Source: Myxococcota bacterium
GTDB lineage: Bacteria > Myxococcota > XYA12-FULL-58-9 > JALHOP01
Direction of reading: 5' to 3'
Length of the DNA stretch: 49,041 bases
NCBI GenBank assembly: GCA_041288095.1
Contig: JBGGMJ010000058.1
Span: forward strand, 1 to 49,041
Both the position numbers and the translations under genes were made by a program. Numbering within the stretch: the stretch's first letter is position 1; each line of letters begins with the position of its first letter. Shown piece after piece: positions 40,794-49,041 of this stretch. The notes under the pieces were generated by a model. That model was not told the origin of the DNA and made no database searches. It was given only the letters and a program-made list of their open reading frames with translations.

Positions 40794-41687
40794 TCAAGGC
40801 GCCGCGCCGCCCGCGAGCGCGGGGATCATCGCTCGCAGGTGCGCCGCGAACAGCTCGGCCGGGCGCGAGAGGGTCCGGCCTTTGCGGGTCACCAGGAAGA
40901 GCGGAGAGCCGATGCGCTTCGAGACCTTGGCGACGACGGCCTCGCCTCGTGTCACCTCGCGTTGCACGATGAACTTCGGCACGACGGTGTAGCCCAAACC
41001 GGCGAGCGCGAGACGCTTCTGTGTCTCCTGGTTGTTGGTCTCGATGACGACGTTCGGTTGGACACCGAGCGATGCGAGCATGCGCATCGCCGGGTAGCGC
41101 TTCACATAGTCCGTGGTGCGCGAGCCGACGTATGGGACGCGCTGCAGATCGCGACGGGTGAGCTCCGCGCGGCCGCCGGCCACGACCACGAACTCGACGA
41201 AGCACAACGCTTGCGTCGCGAGCCGCGCATCGCGGGGCTGGGTGTAGAAGACACCGAGCTCGTCGTCGCCTTCGAGAATCTCCTTGGCGATGCTGTCCGA
41301 GGTACCGCTGAACACGGCGACGGTTACCTTCGGATGCCGCGCGAGAAACGGCTCGAGCAAGCTCGGCATCAGGTAGTTGCAAACGTTGTCCGATGCTCCG
41401 AGCTTGAGGTGGCCGACACATTCCGTACGCTCCGCTATTACGGAGCGTCGCAATTTCTCGATCTCACCGAAGACGACTTCGCAGCTGACGAGAAAGCGAC
41501 GTCCGGCGGGGGTGAGCTGGACGCCTCCCCTGCCGGTGCGATCGAGAAGCGTGACGCCTTCGTCCTCCTCGAGGAGCCTCACGGTCTTGCTGACCGAGGG
41601 CTGACTCACGCGCAACGCGCGCGCGGCCTTGGTGATGCTGCCGGCTCGGGCGACGGCGTGGAAATAGCGCAAGCGGTCGAGCTGCAT
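40794..41687 (-). CDS. LysR family transcriptional regulator
   Basis: LRYFHAVARAGSITKAARALRVSQPSVS HTH; LTPAG; substrate-binding domain. Confidence 0.94.
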   Translation of the reverse strand: MQLDRLRYFHAVARAGSITKAARALRVSQPSVSKTVRLLEEDEGVTLLDRTGRGGVQLTPAGRRFLVSCEVVFGEIEKLRRSVIAERTECVGHLKLGASDNVCNYLMPSLLEPFLARHPKVTVAVFSGTSDSIAKEILEGDDELGVFYTQPRDARLATQALCFVEFVVVAGGRAELTRRDLQRVPYVGSRTTDYVKRYPAMRMLASLGVQPNVVIETNNQETQKRLALAGLGYTVVPKFIVQREVTRGEAVVAKVSKRIGSPLFLVTRKGRTLSRPAELFAAHLRAMIPALAGGAAP

Positions 41688-41695
41688 GAGCCCAT

Positions 41696-41742
41696 TCTAT
41701 ATGAGCATAAATAACATGGGAATTATGTATTTTACGTATGCT
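41696..41742. promoter_or_regulatory. AT-rich divergent control region, probable LysR binding site
   Basis: ATG-N11-CAT dyad (41701-41717) in an AT-rich patch between divergent genes; TATGCT -10-like hexamer at 41737. Confidence 0.45.
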
Positions 41743-41788
41743 TCGCGAAAGCGCACGGTGCCGGTCCCTTCCTTCAGGATCTCCCACC

Positions 41789-42766
41789 ATGATTCAGTCC
41801 GCTACCGGCCGCCTTACGGCGCGCTTCTCCCACAATCTCGTCCTCGACACCGCCATCGTCGGCCTCCGCGAAGGGTCGGTCACTGGTCGACCTTATCGTC
41901 TTCCCGAGCCGGCCTCGGCTGTGCCCCGGACTTCGCGTGTCACGCCCGTGCGCGGCGACAGCGGCGAGGTCGTATCCCTCCCCGGGCGCGCCTGGATTGC
42001 CGCCTCGAAGTTCCTCGCGCGGTCGCAGTCAGCCACCTTGAACGCCATCAAGGACGAGATTCGCCTCGCGGCCGAAGTGGCCAAGCGCACAGGCACGCCG
42101 CCGCCCGTGGTCATCTACGACTTGGACGGGACGCTCTTCGACAACCGCTTTCGAACGCTAAAGATCCTGCAAGAGTGGCTCGCCGACACGTCGGACCTGC
42201 CGGCCAACATCCGCGAGGCCTTCGAGGGCCTGCGCGCGCCCAGCATCGCCTATGATCTCGCGGGAACCTTCGAGCGCCTGGGCTTGGCGGCGGACGCCGC
42301 GGGGGTCCGCGATGCGCTCGCCAGCGCCAGCCGCTACTGGAAGGAGCGCTTCTTCACCAACGGGTACATGCAGTACGACCGACCGCACCTCGGGGCATTG
42401 GCTTACGCGAAAGCCTTGCACGAAGCCGGTGCGACTACCGTCTACCTAACCGGCCGCGACGAGCCCAACATGGGCGCCGGCACCCGCGACGCCCTGCGCG
42501 CCGCCGGCTTTCCCATGGACGAGCGCAGCCACGTCATCCTCAAGGACCGCTTCGAGACCCCCGACGCCGAGTTCAAGGCCAAGGCTCTCCCGGTCATCGC
42601 CCGCCGCGGCCCCGTTCTCGCGACCTTCGACAACGAGCCCGCGAACGTCGTGGTCTTCCACGACGGTTTCGCCCGCGCCACGCACGTTTTCGTCGACACC
42701 GACTACAGCACCAAGCCGACTCCCGTCACCGACGGGCTGTCCTGGGTCGCCGACTTTCGCGCCTAG
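41789..42766 (+). CDS. HAD-superfamily phosphatase with ~90-aa N-terminal extension
   Basis: YDLDGTLFD, YLTGR, FK, FDNEPAN. Confidence 0.8.
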   Translation: MIQSATGRLTARFSHNLVLDTAIVGLREGSVTGRPYRLPEPASAVPRTSRVTPVRGDSGEVVSLPGRAWIAASKFLARSQSATLNAIKDEIRLAAEVAKRTGTPPPVVIYDLDGTLFDNRFRTLKILQEWLADTSDLPANIREAFEGLRAPSIAYDLAGTFERLGLAADAAGVRDALASASRYWKERFFTNGYMQYDRPHLGALAYAKALHEAGATTVYLTGRDEPNMGAGTRDALRAAGFPMDERSHVILKDRFETPDAEFKAKALPVIARRGPVLATFDNEPANVVVFHDGFARATHVFVDTDYSTKPTPVTDGLSWVADFRA

Positions 42767-42775
42767 TCTGCTTCG

Positions 42776-44221
42776 TCAGTCGGGCGCCCCCACCTCGAAA
42801 GCACCGAGGTCGGGCGCGCCGCCGACGAAAGGCGCGCCGTTGGCGGCGCCGGCGTCGATCGCGTCGCTGCCGGCACGCAGGCGTAAACCGATGGGGACCC
42901 GCGTCCCATCGCCGGCGCGCGGAGCGGTCCCATCACGGCGCAGGCGCGTCGCATCCGTGTCGACGAAGTCGTCCACGGTGACCGCGACGCCACCAAGACT
43001 CCAACTGTTGTCGTCGTCGACGACCGCGCCGGTGAGTTGCACCCCAGCCGCCTGCGTAAACCCTGCGTCAGTGTCGAAGACGAGTGAGTTGACGATGTGA
43101 TGGGGCATGCCGTCGTCGAGACTAACCTGGATGAAATTGCCGTCCTTGGCATTGGCGAAGAGCGTCGCGTGCTCGATGTGGAGCCCCGGGCCGCGGTTGC
43201 CGTTGTCATCGATGCCGAAGCCTTTGTTTCCCCATGCGACGACGCGCACCAGCGCCAGGTCCGCGGCGTCCTGGCCGAGCTTGAACCCGAAGCCGTCACC
43301 CTGGAACGCGCCGGTGAGCTGCGCGGCCCACTCCGTCCGGTTGAAGCCGTTGTCGAACGACCAACACTCCTCGATGAGCACGCGGTGCGGCGCATGCCAG
43401 AAGTCATAGCCGTCGTCGGAGTTGCTCCAGGCCCGCGTGCGTCGGAAGACGTTGCCCGGGCCCAGGGTATCGAACTTCGCCGCGAACCCGTCGGCGTCCT
43501 CGCCGTTGCCTTGCGGGTCGAAGTTGTCGTGTGAGTCGCAATCGACGACCAGGTTGTCCGCTGGAGCGTACCCATCCTTGCCGGTGATCTCGAGCCCGGA
43601 AGCCTTGTTGCCGGCGAGGTCGAGCCGCGCCAGAACGTTGTGCGAGCCGTACACCCGCACGCCGTAGTAGGCGGCGTTGCGGATAGCGAGGCCCTCGATC
43701 CGCCACCAGTCTCCGGTAACCAAGAGACCAACGGCGTTACCGGTCGCCGCCAGCGAATCGTCGACCCGTGGTTGCGGTGGAGCGGCATGTCGTGTGTTGT
43801 CCGCGAAATCGAGCGTCACCGATTCGCCCGGCTGCGCCATGAGCGTGAGCCTCGCGCTGTCACCGTCGCCGCTCGCTTGCAGGCGCACCGCGGAGGTCGG
43901 GCGATACACACCGCCGCGCATCACCACGGTACCGGCCGGAGGGACGCGAGCGAGGGCCGCGGCGAGGGAGGCGAGTGGCGCATCCATGGCGCCACTCGCC
44001 CCGTCATCGCCGTCAGGCGCCACATACAAAGTTTTCGCCACCGCGCCGGTACCACCCGGCGACGGTGGGTCTTCGTCGGTAGCGCCCGTCGTATCGGCGT
44101 CACCAGTGAGCGACCCCGCTTCGTCGTCGCCGGGGGCCTCGCTGTACGGATCCCCGCCGACGCCGCCGCAGCCAAACAACGACGCCAGCATGAGACCGCA
44201 TAGGTAGTCACCGCGAGACAT
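42776..44221 (-). CDS. Polysaccharide lyase family 9-like (pectate lyase) beta-helix lipoprotein
   Basis: Lipobox LFGC; LYVAPDGDD; DADGFAAK, GNVF..RAWSNSDDGYD, GDGFGFKLG. Confidence 0.82.
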   Translation of the reverse strand: MSRGDYLCGLMLASLFGCGGVGGDPYSEAPGDDEAGSLTGDADTTGATDEDPPSPGGTGAVAKTLYVAPDGDDGASGAMDAPLASLAAALARVPPAGTVVMRGGVYRPTSAVRLQASGDGDSARLTLMAQPGESVTLDFADNTRHAAPPQPRVDDSLAATGNAVGLLVTGDWWRIEGLAIRNAAYYGVRVYGSHNVLARLDLAGNKASGLEITGKDGYAPADNLVVDCDSHDNFDPQGNGEDADGFAAKFDTLGPGNVFRRTRAWSNSDDGYDFWHAPHRVLIEECWSFDNGFNRTEWAAQLTGAFQGDGFGFKLGQDAADLALVRVVAWGNKGFGIDDNGNRGPGLHIEHATLFANAKDGNFIQVSLDDGMPHHIVNSLVFDTDAGFTQAAGVQLTGAVVDDDNSWSLGGVAVTVDDFVDTDATRLRRDGTAPRAGDGTRVPIGLRLRAGSDAIDAGAANGAPFVGGAPDLGAFEVGAPD

Positions 44222-44236
44222 GTGCCGCTCCTCGTT

Positions 44237-45760
44237 TCATCTGTAGGCGAGCTGAAAATCTTCGGGGTCGATGGCGACGAGACCGTCGGCGGGAAACTTC
44301 GCGTCGCCGTCAGCGGTGCGGCGATAGCTGACCGTCGTGCACGAGCGGGTGACCGTCGGCAGGCCATCCGGAGCATCGACCGCGGTTTGCAGCACGTACA
44401 AGCACACCACGTTGTCGCCAGCCGCGCTGTCCTGCGTCGCCAGCGTCTCGACCAAGCGCACGTTGTTGACCCGGAAGTCGAAGCAGCTCGTGCCCTGGTC
44501 CGGGGCGTCGGTCGGCGTGAGCGCGCTGTAGACATACGCCCAGTCTTGGGTCGCATCCGGAAAGATCGGATTCGTCCCAACGCGGATCTCCTGGGCGTCA
44601 ACCACGCCGTCGCGGTCGGTGTCTTGTGTCAGCGTGCGAACATCAAGCGCATTGGTGCCGAGCCGCAGCTCGATGTCATCCGGGAAACCGTCAGCGTCGG
44701 AATCCGCCGCCGTCGCGTCGAAGGCGAGCGCCGCCTCGGCGCAGTCTGGAATGGCGTCGCCATCGCGGTCGATGAGATCCGATGCGTCGCATTGCGAATG
44801 GCACAAGTCGCGATTCGGCAGGAGCGCTTGGTCGACGCGATCGTTGCAGCCGTCGACGTCCGCATCGGCACTCGTCGGGTTGGGATCGTCCGCGTCGCGT
44901 ATGCCATCGCGGTCACTGTCGGGATGCAGCTCGTCGTCCCAGACGACCCTGCTGGTGTTGACGATGTAGAACTCGCGGGATTCGAAGCGTCGTAGGATCT
45001 CCACGAAGCCGATGTCGAAGTCGAGCGTGTCGGCGACGAGATCGCGGAAGGTGCCGTCGCCGATTCCCGCCATCGGCTGCAGGAATTGGGTCGGGTCGCC
45101 GTATTGGCACTCGGTTTGATACTGCATGTAGTTCAAGCGCGTCGTGCTGAGGCGCAAGGAGAACGGGTGAAAGACGTCGGCGAGATTCATCAAGGCCGCG
45201 GTGCCCGCGAGAACGGTCGTGAGCGGCACGCAGGGGTTGGGGTCGCCGTCCGAGAGGAACTGTACGTCATAGCGTGTACGGGCGAGCTCGGAGGCGGACA
45301 GCAAGCGCATGTCTTCGTCGAGAAAGTCACGCGCCATCTCGAGCACCTTCACGTAGTCGGTGCCGCCGGTCTCGTCGCGCAGCGGCGGAATGGCGCTGGC
45401 GATGAGAGTCGCGGTGTCGCGCGTGAACGTCGGTGTCAGGCGCTCGGGCTCGGCCGCGAAGCGAATGATGCCGAAATGCACGCTGGCGTTGTCCGCATAG
45501 CGCTCTATGACCCGTTGGACGGCGTCGGCACGGCGGTCCTGTGGGTCGCTCGTTCGGTTGCTCCCCGAGTGATCGATGACGAACAGAATCTTGTACGGAA
45601 ACGTGATGGCGGTCGGCGCCACGGTGCACGCCTCGCCCGCCAGCTCGACGACGTTGTCGATCACCTCGCCGGGAGGCATCTCACAGGGCGCGACGCACAA
45701 CTCGGCATCGGTACAACCCGCGAGCAACGCGCAGCACGAAAGGATCAGCAGCCTTGCCAT
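44237..45760 (-). CDS. VWA + thrombospondin type-3 repeat lipoprotein (MtsD-like adhesin)
   Basis: Lipobox LAGC; FPYKILFVIDHSGS MIDAS, GGTDY, LSDGDP; multiple DxDxDG repeats. Confidence 0.78.
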   Translation of the reverse strand: MARLLILSCCALLAGCTDAELCVAPCEMPPGEVIDNVVELAGEACTVAPTAITFPYKILFVIDHSGSNRTSDPQDRRADAVQRVIERYADNASVHFGIIRFAAEPERLTPTFTRDTATLIASAIPPLRDETGGTDYVKVLEMARDFLDEDMRLLSASELARTRYDVQFLSDGDPNPCVPLTTVLAGTAALMNLADVFHPFSLRLSTTRLNYMQYQTECQYGDPTQFLQPMAGIGDGTFRDLVADTLDFDIGFVEILRRFESREFYIVNTSRVVWDDELHPDSDRDGIRDADDPNPTSADADVDGCNDRVDQALLPNRDLCHSQCDASDLIDRDGDAIPDCAEAALAFDATAADSDADGFPDDIELRLGTNALDVRTLTQDTDRDGVVDAQEIRVGTNPIFPDATQDWAYVYSALTPTDAPDQGTSCFDFRVNNVRLVETLATQDSAAGDNVVCLYVLQTAVDAPDGLPTVTRSCTTVSYRRTADGDAKFPADGLVAIDPEDFQLAYR

Positions 45761-45845
45761 GCAACTCGAGACTGCACGCCGCGTACCACAGCCGCCCCCA
45801 CGTCCCATCAACCACCAAGACACCACCAGGACGCCGCAAGCCCGC

Positions 45846-45871
45846 CGGGCGTCCAGGAGTATGGACGCCCG
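45846..45871. repeat. Perfect 10-bp hairpin CGGGCGTCCA-ggagta-TGGACGCCCG
   Basis: Read directly, just outside the left transposase-flanking repeat. Confidence 0.7.
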
Positions 45872-45888
45872 CTCCGCGCGCCTGGACC

Positions 45889-47213
45889 CACCATCGACCA
45901 GGAACCTTCTTGCGAGCACTCGCGCAAATGGACCCTCGTTGTTGTCTGTCGGGTGCTCGAGGCGCGGTGCGTGAGGCACAGGGGGGCCGTTGTTGGGTTT
46001 TCGGCCGGCAATGCGCAACCTGGAGCAGGTTCTAGGCAGATCTCGAGCGTTCTTCTACGCTCCGGCCGGTAACCCGTCGGGTGGTGTCGTCCATCTGCCT
46101 GGCGCGAACGAACCGATGGGAAAAACCGGGGCACGACACCTAGCGTCCTCTATAGCGGCACGGCGGAACCGCAGTTGGAAGCTCCAATAGGCTTCCAGAT
46201 AGCACTGCGTAGCTGGGGCATTCGGCGACGCCCAACATACGATTCGCCGGCGGCGCTGGATCCAAGGAACCTCCGGCAATGCGGTTCGATGGTCCAGCGG
46301 CACTCGGCGAATCCGCCGCGCGCCCATCGGCGAGCGTCCTGCCCTCGTGGCGTTGCCCTCAGCAACGATCTCCTCGACGAGTCGCCGAATTTCGCTACGC
46401 CGCGCTTCCGTGCCCAAGTGCTGCCACGCGGGGATCGGGGCCAGCTCGACCGAATAGTCGGTCAGGTGATCACGCCTGGAAATCACCTTGGGATGCCGCC
46501 GGCGCGACTGACTATCGACGGCGCGGGAATATGTCGTGGCGTTCAACCAGGTGCCCCGGAGTGGCTCACCGTAGAGGAGAGAACGTGCACAATGCACGCC
46601 GGGCCACTCTTCTGGGCGACCGACGAGTCCCTCTTTGACACCTTGGCTGAGGATGTACTTGAGGCACGCCACCTGACTCTCAGGTGTCGGAAGAGCAGTG
46701 GCCCGATACTCGTGCCACATCGTTCCGCTCCAGCCGACGGAAGAGTTCCGCGCCCACCGGCGCGAGATCTCTCGCTTGATGAATCCGATGAAGGCGGGAA
46801 CCTCCTCAGGGGGGCCTTGGAGCATGAAGTGAGCATGGTTGGAGAGAAACGCCATAGCGTACAGTCGCACCTTGGCGTATCGCCGCAGGGCTCGCCCGAC
46901 GACACCCAGGATGATGGCGTTGAGCTCGGTACACGGTCGCAGCAGGTGTCGGCCTTGGAAGACACGCGAAATCACATGAATGGGAACATCACTCGTGATG
47001 AACCGCGCGTGATGCGTCCCCGCATGCACCGGCACATGGCCGTCGAGCAAAGGAGCACCGGGCGCAAACACCATCCTCGCCCTCGGTGCACCCAGCATGC
47101 CGGCCCGAGGCTTCATCTGGGCGGCGAACTGCGGCCCTTCCCGCTGTCACGGTCGCTGCTGTCGCAACTTGCGACGCGAAAAGCGGACGGAGAATGTTCC
47201 TGGTCGATTGGTG
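45889..47213. mobile_element. HUH/Y1 transposase unit bounded by inverted copies of an 18-bp repeat
   Basis: ATCGACCAGGAACCTTCT (45893-45910) versus AGAATGTTCCTGGTCGAT (47191-47208), 17/18 reverse-complement match; flanking CACCA/TGGTG extends it; no TSD seen. Confidence 0.7.
46055..47116 (-). CDS. REP-associated tyrosine transposase-like (Y1_Tnp/RAYT) HUH endonuclease
   Basis: IHVISR, HUH motif LSNHAHF, catalytic Tyr in KYILSQGVKEGLV..PEEWPG; true start probably downstream of 47116. Confidence 0.8.
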   Translation of the reverse strand: MKPRAGMLGAPRARMVFAPGAPLLDGHVPVHAGTHHARFITSDVPIHVISRVFQGRHLLRPCTELNAIILGVVGRALRRYAKVRLYAMAFLSNHAHFMLQGPPEEVPAFIGFIKREISRRWARNSSVGWSGTMWHEYRATALPTPESQVACLKYILSQGVKEGLVGRPEEWPGVHCARSLLYGEPLRGTWLNATTYSRAVDSQSRRRHPKVISRRDHLTDYSVELAPIPAWQHLGTEARRSEIRRLVEEIVAEGNATRAGRSPMGARRIRRVPLDHRTALPEVPWIQRRRRIVCWASPNAPATQCYLEAYWSFQLRFRRAAIEDARCRAPVFPIGSFAPGRWTTPPDGLPAGA

Positions 47214-49041
47214 AGGGTTAGGGCCAGCACGAGCGCAATCACAATACCGCTGGCGCTCCTCGAGGAGGTGCAGCCGCCGTCGCCGGTGACCGGCGGCTTG
47301 CCGGCTTGCTCGGGGGTGCCGGTGCCGGTGAGCGCAAGGGTTAGGGTTGGATTGGTGGGGTCGTCGGAGGTGATGGTTAGGGTGTCGGCGTACTGCGTGA
47401 ATGCGGGCGGGATGAACACGATGCCGATCGTGCAGCTCGCGTTGCCGGTGAGGACGAAGCTGGTCGCGCCGCAGGGCGCGTCGCCGTAGTGGACGTCGAT
47501 CGTGAACGGAGCGCCGGAGGCGAGCGAGACGCTCGTGACCGTCAGCAGGCCGGCTCCCTCGTTGGTAACCATCACCTCGCCCGAGGCGGTGCCGTTCGCT
47601 TCGATATCGCCGAAGGCCCGGCTCGCGGGGTCGATCGCGATCCGACCCTGGGCCTCCAGCGCGCCGAGGTCCACCGCGGAGCCCACGATGCGCCGCGCGC
47701 CCGCGAAGTCGGTCGCCGGTAGACTCGGAGCCGCGTCGTCGCCGGCGTCGAGCGCCGGACTGCCGACACGCAGGCTGAAGTCACCACTCGCCGCGTTCGC
47801 GAACAGTGGATCGCCCTGCACCGCGTTGGTCAGTGTGACCAGCGCCGCGCTCGCAAGGTCGCAGTTGAGCGTCACGCTGTCGTTGGTGAAACAACCATCG
47901 GAAGCGAGGTTGTGCGAGACGGTGAACGTCGGTGTCGTGCCCGCGTTGGCGCGAACGACGAAGTCGTTGCCGGTTCCGGGAGGCGCTACGTTATCGAAGA
48001 AGATGTTGTTCACGAGATCGGTGTGCGCCGCCGAGCTGCCGCCCGGTACGCCGTGATAGACGAACACGCCGCCGACCGCCTCGACGGAGGAATTGCCCAC
48101 GAACGTGTTGTTGATGATGTCGACATCGACTGGTGAATTCGCGTCACTGAGCAGCGCCAAGGCGCCCGCCGGGTACAAGAAATCGGCCGTCGTGCTCTGA
48201 TTGTCCGCGATGACGTTGTTGGCGATGAGCACTGGGCCCGAAGCAAAGAAGATATTGAGGTTGACGCCGCCGACCTGCAGACCGGCGTTTGCGGTCACGA
48301 GATTGTCGAGCACGGTGATGGCGGAGCCGCCGCTCACATTCAACAAGTTGACCCCACCGGCCCACCCCGCGCCGCCAACGTTCCCCTGCACGTGGTTACC
48401 CTGGAACACGATGGCGCCGTTGAAGTTCGACCAAATATCGATCCCATTCGCCTTGGCGTTCGCGGCCCCCGTGTTCCCAGAGACGACGCAGTCCTTGACG
48501 ATGATGGTGCCGCTGTTGCCCGTCAGGTGCGCCCCGCCCGCGCGCTTGCCGTCGAGGTTGTCCTTGAGCTCGACGCGCTCGATGGTGATCGTGCCGGCAT
48601 CGTGGCCGGCAAAGAGCCCGGCGCTGAAGCTGTCCGCGTCCGAAGGCACCGTGCCGTTCTGGATGGTCAAATCCCGAACCACGATGTCAGCATCGCCGCT
48701 CACGCTGAGCGCGAGGACGGAGCGCGTCGACGCTCCATCGAGGATGGTCACCCCCATGCCGGCTCCGACAATCGACAAAGAGTTGCCGTCGATGCTCCCG
48801 CCGTTGAACGGGTAGCCCGGTGGGTCGTTGCTCATGATCGAATAGGTACCGGCACCGAGATTGATGATGTCGCTCTCGTCGTTGTGCGACGCGACCGCGA
48901 GTGCCTCGGTCAAGCTACACAGCGTCTTCGGCTCGGCGACGTCATTGGCGCACGCGGCCTCACCGCCGCCACCCGAGGTCGGTGTCACTTGGATGGTCGC
49001 GGCGAAAGTCGTTTTGGCGGAGACGACGAGAACGACAGCGA
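47147..49041 (-). CDS. Large surface protein: right-handed beta-helix + choice-of-anchor Q/Ig-like domain + MYXO-CTERM-like anchor; 5'-truncated by window edge
   Basis: Frame stays open to the window end (..AVVLVVSAKTTFA/ATIQV); NNTFVGN repeats; DPLF..GDFSL..GSPALDAG..VDLGALE; GGC + TM tail. Confidence 0.8.
   Translation of the reverse strand, partial: AVVLVVSAKTTFAATIQVTPTSGGGGEAACANDVAEPKTLCSLTEALAVASHNDESDIINLGAGTYSIMSNDPPGYPFNGGSIDGNSLSIVGAGMGVTILDGASTRSVLALSVSGDADIVVRDLTIQNGTVPSDADSFSAGLFAGHDAGTITIERVELKDNLDGKRAGGAHLTGNSGTIIVKDCVVSGNTGAANAKANGIDIWSNFNGAIVFQGNHVQGNVGGAGWAGGVNLLNVSGGSAITVLDNLVTANAGLQVGGVNLNIFFASGPVLIANNVIADNQSTTADFLYPAGALALLSDANSPVDVDIINNTFVGNSSVEAVGGVFVYHGVPGGSSAAHTDLVNNIFFDNVAPPGTGNDFVVRANAGTTPTFTVSHNLASDGCFTNDSVTLNCDLASAALVTLTNAVQGDPLFANAASGDFSLRVGSPALDAGDDAAPSLPATDFAGARRIVGSAVDLGALEAQGRIAIDPASRAFGDIEANGTASGEVMVTNEGAGLLTVTSVSLASGAPFTIDVHYGDAPCGATSFVLTGNASCTIGIVFIPPAFTQYADTLTITSDDPTNPTLTLALTGTGTPEQAGKPPVTGDGGCTSSRSASGIVIALVLALTLTNRPGTFSVRFSRRKLRQQRP

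Noticed and set aside
46024-46045. CAGGTTCTAGGCAGATCTCGAG as a further degenerate repeat copy
   Set aside because: Too many mismatches to the 18-bp core to distinguish from chance
47215-47385. Several GGTTAGGG telomere-like hexamers
   Set aside because: Not tandem; explained by Thr-Leu-Thr and similar codons (ACC/GCC CTA ACC) on the coding strand

Overview
GC-rich bacterial chromosomal window, most likely Myxococcota (inferred from MYXO-CTERM-like C-termini and an MtsD-like VWA/TSP3 lipoprotein). It is mostly housekeeping and metabolic genes: fused kgd/sucA, trmL, ychF, gluQ, gpmA, fdhD, sua5/tsaC, speA, mtgA, pyrD, folB with a pteridine reductase, a fused E1 alpha/beta and murB, with surface-protein genes at the right end. 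I saw no rRNA, tRNA or CRISPR array. Two signals are not explained by the gene list. (1) An 18-bp repeat, AGAAnGTTCCTGGTCGAT, brackets a HUH/Y1 (RAYT-like) transposase in inverted orientation. It recurs 17 kb away as a direct pair overlaid on the 3' end of pyrD, which suggests an unusual REP-like family that enters coding sequence. (2) Scattered orphan genes, and enzymes with Pro/Ser/Arg-rich non-Sec N-terminal extensions, share a sigma-28-like -10 box (GCCGATAA-like) 25-50 nt upstream. This suggests a dispersed co-regulated and possibly exported effector set. Start codons were re-picked by eye where the ORF track over-extends.
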